A stretch of 64,000 bases of DNA from Epithemia pelagica (Eukaryota > Protista > Bacillariophyta), in the NCBI GenBank assembly GCA_946965045.2, contig OX337237.1:2418001-2482000 (forward strand). Direction: 5' to 3'. How positions within the stretch are numbered: the stretch's first letter is position 1; each line of letters opens with the position of its first letter. Under the pieces are notes generated by a model, which was not told where the DNA came from, made no database searches, and saw only the letters and a list, made by a program, of their open reading frames with translations. A program made the translations under genes and the position numbers. Below, one piece after another: positions 57,801-64,000 of this stretch.

Positions 57801-60595
57801 GGGAGAGGCCGGAACTGTCAAGATCGCCACAGACACATCAAAGAAGCTGAATGATCGTGGACTATTGTAAGGATCATGCAGGCGATGTATATCGAATGTT
57901 CAATCCAACCACCAAAATGGTCCATATGACTCAAGATGTGGTTTGGCTTCGCCGAATGTATTTTGTTCCTCCTCCAAGTGTGCCCCATCTAATGGTTAGT
58001 CCGGTTGTTGACCCAAGTACTTATGCCGACCATGAAGACCTGCCATTAATCGATGACAATGCTCCGTTTATTGAACTGCTTGAAGACGACAACGCCCAAC
58101 CAAAGGCAGATAAGATTGAGCCCGAATCCAATGCACCCATGGAAATTGAACGACCGACTGTCGAAACCATCAATCAAGCCGACGATGCCGACGATAATGT
58201 GAGCGTGATGACGTCTGCAACTCCTCGTCGCGAGCAAGTCACTCGCACAGGACGACATGTTCGACCTCCGAAGCGACTGATTGAAGAATATGCATGTGCT
58301 GGCATCGATTTCAGCCGATTGCAACTGAGTAGCGCCGAGGTGCGGTATTATCAAGCTATGTCATCTTTGGGCCATGAAGATGCCGATTTCGATTTCGCTC
58401 CTCCAGCTTCTGACGTTCGACAAGGATATCAACATGCCAACATGTATCGAGCTCCGGTATTTCCTGAAGATGCCCCTCTGATCTCTAGTGATATCAGTGA
58501 TGCCTTTCTATCTGCTGATGTCGATCCCGACTATCAAGCTCCTACCTTTCCGATTGACAGTATTGCCTCAGGATATAGCACCAACTCTACAACGCTTGCA
58601 CAGGAATGTGCCCTAGTGGGTGCAGGTTTAGGCGGTGGAATTCAGAATACTAAAGAGTTACACGTCCTGTCCTACGAAGAAGCCATCAATGGTCCTGAAC
58701 GTGACCAGTGGCTTGAGTCCATTGAAAAAGAGTATCAACGCATGATTGATAACGGTGTGTTTATTCCGTGTGCTCCGGAAGATGTCCCTGTCGGAGCCAA
58801 GATTCTGAGTAATGTTTGGGCCATGAAGAAGAAGGCGAACGGAACTTTTCGTGCTCGTCTTAACGCCCGTGGCTATGAACAGGTCGACGGCGAACATTAT
58901 GACAGTCATGCGACGTTTGCTCCTGTCGCGTCCGAGATGACCATCATGATCATTCTTGATCTGATCATTATGGCGAATTGGGTGGTCCATATTATGGACG
59001 TCAAGGGTGCTTTTCTCCTCGGCGATTTTGAAAAGGACCGCAAGATGTGGATGACCATTCCGAAAGGAATGGAATCCAAATATCCGCCCGGTTGGTTGGT
59101 GTTTCTGGGAAAGACTCTCTACGGAACCAAGCAAGCCGCTCGAGCCTTTTGGAATCAGGTTCAGGTCGTGATGCAGCTCATTGGATTTCTTCGCAATCGC
59201 GCAGACCCTTGTCTTTATTTCGCATGGACTGCGTTAGGATTAGTGATTTGGCTGTCATGGGTAGATGACTTTTTGATTTGTGGCTCCGAAGCCGGTGTCC
59301 ACCATTCAAAGGAAGCAATGAAGATCCATTTCGACTGTGATGATTGTGGTCCTATGACCGAATATATTGGGTGCAAGATTGACATTGATCGGACCAATCG
59401 CCAGAGCAAGTTGAGTCAGCCCGTGTTGTTGAAGAGCTTTCACGATGAGTTCGACGTGCCGGTTCCTTCACAGCCGTATACAACTCCTGCAGCACCTGGA
59501 GAAGTTCTTCGCAATGACGATGGATCCCCTAGTTTGACTTCCAAGCAGCAGTCTCTCTATCGTAGCGGAGTTGGAAAATTGTTGCATCTTATGAAATGGA
59601 CTCGACCAGATATTTTGAACTCCGTCCGTGAATTGTCGAAGTTTATGAAACTTGCATTGACACACTCATGGAGTGTGGGCGGTCGTACTCGGCATATTGA
59701 TGTGAAGTGGCATTTCTTGCGTGAGATGAAGGAAGAAGGACTCATTCATACCGTATGGGTTCACTCACCTGACAACAGCGCCGATCTTTTCACCAAGAAT
59801 TTGTCTGGTCCTGACTTCAAGCGTCATAGTCTCGTCTATTGCTCCGATCTTGATCCCAACATTAAGGCCGATGACGATCCCACAAACACTGCCAGTGATC
59901 TTCCATGCGCTCACGTTGAACCCTTAGCTGGATCCGAAACCGCATTGATGGTCCATCAAGGCCCCATTCCATACTGGATTCAATCCATTCTTCGCTCTCA
60001 ATCGACTTCTAAGTGACCAAGCCCATTCATCCTCATACCACCACAGTGAAACGCGTCATCTTCATCGATAGCATCTGCCCTGAACTGCAATCTCAACACA
60101 AAACCAAAATAGCATCAGAATCCAACTAAATACAACAACAACATCAACAACAAACAATCATCATCATCATCACATACCGACAACAACAAACACATCGAAG
60201 TCAGGCAGGGTATCTTTCAACGCACACGCAACACAGTTCTCACATCATACTGCATTCATCAAAAATTTATGGCATCAATGACATTCGAGCGACACAATTA
60301 GGCAGGGTGTCGGAATCAAAGAATTGTGAAGTCGCTCTTCATGTCGTGATCCCGAAGTGGTCGCACATCCAAATCCTTGGGATAGAAACCGCATGGGAGG
60401 CGGTTATAGATCACCTAGATCTTGGATGATTTCGATCTCAACTGGCACAACAACAACTCCCATCTTGGACAACACTCTAGTCGTAACACTCACTCTTTCT
60501 AGATCGATCATTTTGAAAAGCAATTCGTCTACATTTACATCTCTATTGCTTCTGTGCACGGAAGACTCCATTTGGGCCAATCTAGTGATCCAACA
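54811..60595 (+). mobile_element. Decayed Ty1/copia retrotransposon D
   Basis: LTRs 54811-55077 and 60308-60595 (TGTCGG...CCAACA; 3-bp and 18-bp indels); TSD TTGAT (54806-54810, 60596-60600). Confidence 0.96.
55303..60016 (+). pseudogene. gag-pol of copia D
   Basis: CNFCQEPGHGYYQC knuckle, WIADTGA protease, VRLDNAGE integrase, MDVKGAFL and WVDD RT; TGA at 57634-57636, frameshift near 57860, most of RNase H deleted (SKFMK|LALTHSWSVGGRTRH). Confidence 0.92.
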
Positions 60596-62356
60596 TTGAT
60601 TACTACGGCGGCGATAAGACGGTCACGAATCATACATATGCTGAATGGGACAAGGATGAATCCCATGGATCCTCGTTGTCCGCAGGTCCCGATGAGAATT
60701 GGACTGGAGGACATGAGAGTCTTGAGGACGAACCAGAACCATCGATTCTCCTTCCTTCCACCCTTTCGACACGGTATGAGAGGGAAGCTCCGTCTGTCGT
60801 GACCACCAATGACAGTCACAATGAGATTCCTTTCACCACTGCATGGGCACCACGGATGGTCCTTCCCACGGACCGGGGCCAGAACGAGGACAATCCGAAT
60901 AAGGGAGCAACCGACAAGGTCGACATTGGACCCGTTTCGGAAATTGCGCTGCAAGGTGCCAGCACGGTCCTTCGCATTCCTGTCTTGCCTCTGCACATTC
61001 CAGATGATGATGATGATGCACCGAAAGGAGCCACTGCTGTTGCAGCAGCAGCACATTCCGAAGCACGAGCCGCTCGCTATTTTTTGTAAGCTCAACGTTG
61101 ATTGCCGGGACAAGAGAGTGCTGCTCTCATGCGCATGATAAAACGATGGATATTAACGGAGACGTTGGAAAAGGACACGGCTCTAGTCACTATCGTACAA
61201 GAAGAGCGCGAGGTCACGACAGGAGGAACCAACCTCTAAACCGCGTCTTTTTTGCATACATGCCGCATCGCCCCTTGATCGACTGGGGCGCCCCGGTAGA
61301 CATGTAGGGCACCTACCTACATGAGATCCCGCGATGGAATGACTCATGGAATGGAACCAAGGTCTACCGAATGATTGGATTGGTCGTTTTGGTTCTTGGT
61401 CCTGGCTCGCACCTGTGATACGACCTGTCCATGTAGTGTTCCATCATAATTGAGTGTGTCGCGGTGGTGCGGCATTATGGACACTTTCCCGTTTTCACAC
61501 ACCAACAGCAGCACTCCTAGCAGCGGAAAACCACATGGTGGCTTCAAGTATTGGGACGACAAGCACACATTAGACTGAATTGATAGCTTTCGACGCTTTT
61601 GTTCATACGGCAGCAAGAACAGTGACATTCGTGTCCTTTAACCATCCATCAACCATACAAACGCGACAAGAGTGACAGTGGAGATTGGAAATCGATAACC
61701 CAACGAAACGATGGGGACAATAAGCAGGGTTCACACTTCCAGTGGGGGAATTGTGAACGACGCCGAGGAGAGACCGAAAGCCGCCTGTGCGACCGTTTGG
61801 CACTTTATGTTCGTCCAACCCTTCCGAGTCCCGTGAGGCAGATGAAGAGCTTAATAGATCTGCAGTGTTTAAAAGTACAGAACAGACATTTGAGGTATCA
61901 ACGATAAATATGGATCCTTTTTCCTTTAGAGACAAAAGTCCGTTTGAGATTTTTGTTTCTGCATAAGGTAACAGTTGTATGAATTATCATCCTATAGAGT
62001 ATTTTGATACCAACAAAGATGAGTATGTACAAAAGGGTGCATACACAGAACAATTCTGTGATCACGGCGCACATTCATATTCACTTCTCATAACAACAGA
62101 AGACCATTCGATAACGTACTTTGAAGAGATGCCATAACAGATCCCATTGTCGTCAGTAACCGAGTCAAAATGGAAGAAAGGTGAATGTTTCGAAGAAAAG
62201 CTGGCCGGCAAGTGCATGACAAATGCCAAAGCCACGAGTGTTCGGAAGAGCTCTCTAGGCTCGTACACCCTCTAAACATCTCTCCATCCTAATCCCATTG
62301 TTTTGCTAGTTGTTTATCTCTACGATGAATCATTTATCCTATATCAACATTCCATC

Positions 62357-63031
62357 TTAGTTTGTGGATGGTTTCTTGCGTTCGATCCATTCTGCGACAG
62401 CCGGAATGGCGATGAATGTTTTGTACAAGGCGGATAAGTGCGGGTACGAGGATGTCAATGTTTCTTCCCTAAAGTGACCCAACTGGATGTGATCGTACAG
62501 AATACTGAACATGGCCGTATCTCCCCACAAGGGAGAGCCAGATGGACTGGTGCTCAAATATGCTTGATCTTTGTCTGTTGTCTTGTACTTTTTGTACAGG
62601 GCCTCAAACTTGGTTAGTAGCTCCGGCACAGTCTTGGAGATATATTCTGCCTTTTGGTCTTCTGTGCTTGCGAAAGACTTTTCGACCCAGATATTGCGGA
62701 ATCCCTGGTATTCATCGGCAATGACATCTTGGACGTAATCCTTCCATGAATCTCCCGAATCCAACTTGTTTATACGGGCAAAGTACCGAGCCATGGAAAT
62801 GTGCTGGCTCAAATGATGGCCATCCTTTGTATATGCAACTGGAACTGTCCCACATGGATTCTCACCAGACTCCACAAGTCGTTTCTTTTCGACACCCCAT
62901 ACGGAATCACTGTAGTTGTACAAATCTTCTTCGTAAGGAATTCCATTTGCGAGCAAAAAGAAGCGTAGAGTTCCTCCCCGGCCACCGATGTGACCCAAAT
63001 CAAGGTACTTGAATGATACAGATGATGTCAT
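62357..63031 (-). CDS. Glutathione S-transferase, copy 2
   Basis: 224 aa, intact; 7 amino-acid differences from copy 1 by my count. Confidence 0.88.
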   Translation of the reverse strand: MTSSVSFKYLDLGHIGGRGGTLRFFLLANGIPYEEDLYNYSDSVWGVEKKRLVESGENPCGTVPVAYTKDGHHLSQHISMARYFARINKLDSGDSWKDYVQDVIADEYQGFRNIWVEKSFASTEDQKAEYISKTVPELLTKFEALYKKYKTTDKDQAYLSTSPSGSPLWGDTAMFSILYDHIQLGHFREETLTSSYPHLSALYKTFIAIPAVAEWIERKKPSTN

Positions 63032-63043
63032 TATGATGATGAA

Positions 63044-63640
63044 TCAGAGTACATAAGTAAACTAGGCAATACCACTGGGCTTGCTACAGAGTTGATCAGT
63101 CCTCTGCAGCAAGTTGGACGAACAAGTTGCTTTGGCAAAGTTGTTCTGATGATATTATAAGGTTGTTTATTCTAGAACTTTGCTTTTCCAAGGTCGTCTA
63201 TTCATTCGTTCCTTGTCTGGTTCATTTCATCCATGACTTGACGTAAATCATAGGAACATTAGACTCCCGCATGGTTATGTTAGGAAATCCGTGGGAGGGT
63301 AGTTTTCCCACGGGTTAGTTCGTTGGCGGTCAGACCTCTCCGAGATCTTCCCGTCCTTGTTAACTCTGACTCTCCCTCTAGATCGAATGAGAGGGGTAGC
63401 GAAGAAAGATACGGATGGTGTGAAGGGCAGACGTCGTGTCACCAACCTTGATTCAACTTGCGAAGGCGTTCGAACACTTCGTGGCTCAGTCCCTTTGTCA
63501 AATAATCCGCGCGCATCACAGTTGTATCACATTTTTCCACAGTGGCGGATTTGTTATTGATCATCTCCCAGAAGAAATGGAACTTGCAGTTCAGGCTCCG
63601 CGATCGGTTGCTCACCTTTTGACTGTTTGCCAGAAGATAA
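63044..63640 (-). mobile_element. 5'-truncated copia fragment: RNase H tail, PPT and one 326-bp LTR (63044-63369)
   Basis: KFHFFW...RADYLTKGL...RKLNQGW*; PPT AGAGGGAGAG adjacent; 7-bp inverted ends TCAGAGT...ACTCTGA; left boundary of coding remnant approximate. Confidence 0.75.
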
Positions 63641-64000
63641 TTCCAAATCAAAGTCCATACTGACTGTATTGTCAATGCTCTCTATTGTAATACAAAAATG
63701 AAGAATCACCGCAATGGTGCCTCGTTCCAAACCAACTCAATGCGTGACACGAAATACTGCGGATGACCCTTCGTCTTCGCTTCGTCTCGGTTGGCTTCGT
63801 TGTTGTGTGGGTGTTGCGCGTGGGCGTGGGTGTGGGTGTGGTTCTTCGGTGTGTGGTTTGAGACGCGACTCAATCGCTCTTCGAGGAGCTTCCAAGAGAT
63901 TCGATGAATGAATCGACGACCGACGGACGGATGAATCTTTCCCAACCAAACTTCAAATCATGGACACAATCCAACTTCCAACTCGGATAGTGTATGCGTC

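Larger units (their letters stand above)
51991..61089 (+). pseudogene. Second Tweety-like gene copy, disrupted
   Basis: 8-bp deletion (TCGGGGCG) at 53480/53481 shifts the frame; copia D inserted in exon 2. Confidence 0.9.
51415..63041 (-). repeat. Right arm of the large inverted segmental duplication
   Basis: Reverse complement of the left arm; contains copia D; outer end abuts the LTR at 63044. Confidence 0.95.

Noticed and set aside
60203-60308. Duplicated AGGCAGGGT PPT-like motif in copia D
   Set aside because: Two short copies in a decayed element; no way to support function
32437-63041. The large inverted repeat as TIRs of a giant transposon
   Set aside because: Arms consist of host genes, the 562-bp spacer has no transposase, and there is no terminal motif or TSD
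1-64000. CRISPR arrays, rRNA or tRNA genes
   Set aside because: No repeat-spacer array or structural RNA gene was recognised; repeats are explained by LTRs, TIRs and microsatellites

Overview
Eukaryotic, transposon-dense window, most likely from a diatom (inference from CoDi-like Ty1/copia elements, helicase-associated-domain gene, short introns). About two thirds is nested mobile DNA. It holds copia A (2618-15108) with a non-autonomous copia B nested in its RNase H, a PIF/Harbinger element with 1.77-kb inverted arms (20925-32303) carrying intact copia C in its right tip, a hAT element (38210-45026), a Ty3/gypsy element (45097-50807), decayed copia D (54811-60595) and a terminal copia LTR fragment. 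Host genes: a glycosyltransferase-like gene, O-fucosyltransferase, FkbM methyltransferase, HA-domain protein, and a GST plus Tweety-like gene pair present twice as a ~6-kb palindrome around a 562-bp spacer. The strongest leads are: (1) an intact hAT transposon carrying an intact Nth/NTHL1-like HhH-GPD DNA glycosylase; (2) a recently inserted LTR element whose pol is catalytically destroyed but keeps a 1417-codon open frame; (3) non-canonical priming signatures (Tf1-like self-priming, and complementarity to the D-arm of initiator tRNA); (4) a hairpin-forming Harbinger. Coordinates were counted by hand and may be off by a few bases; protein family calls rest on motif recognition, not database searches.
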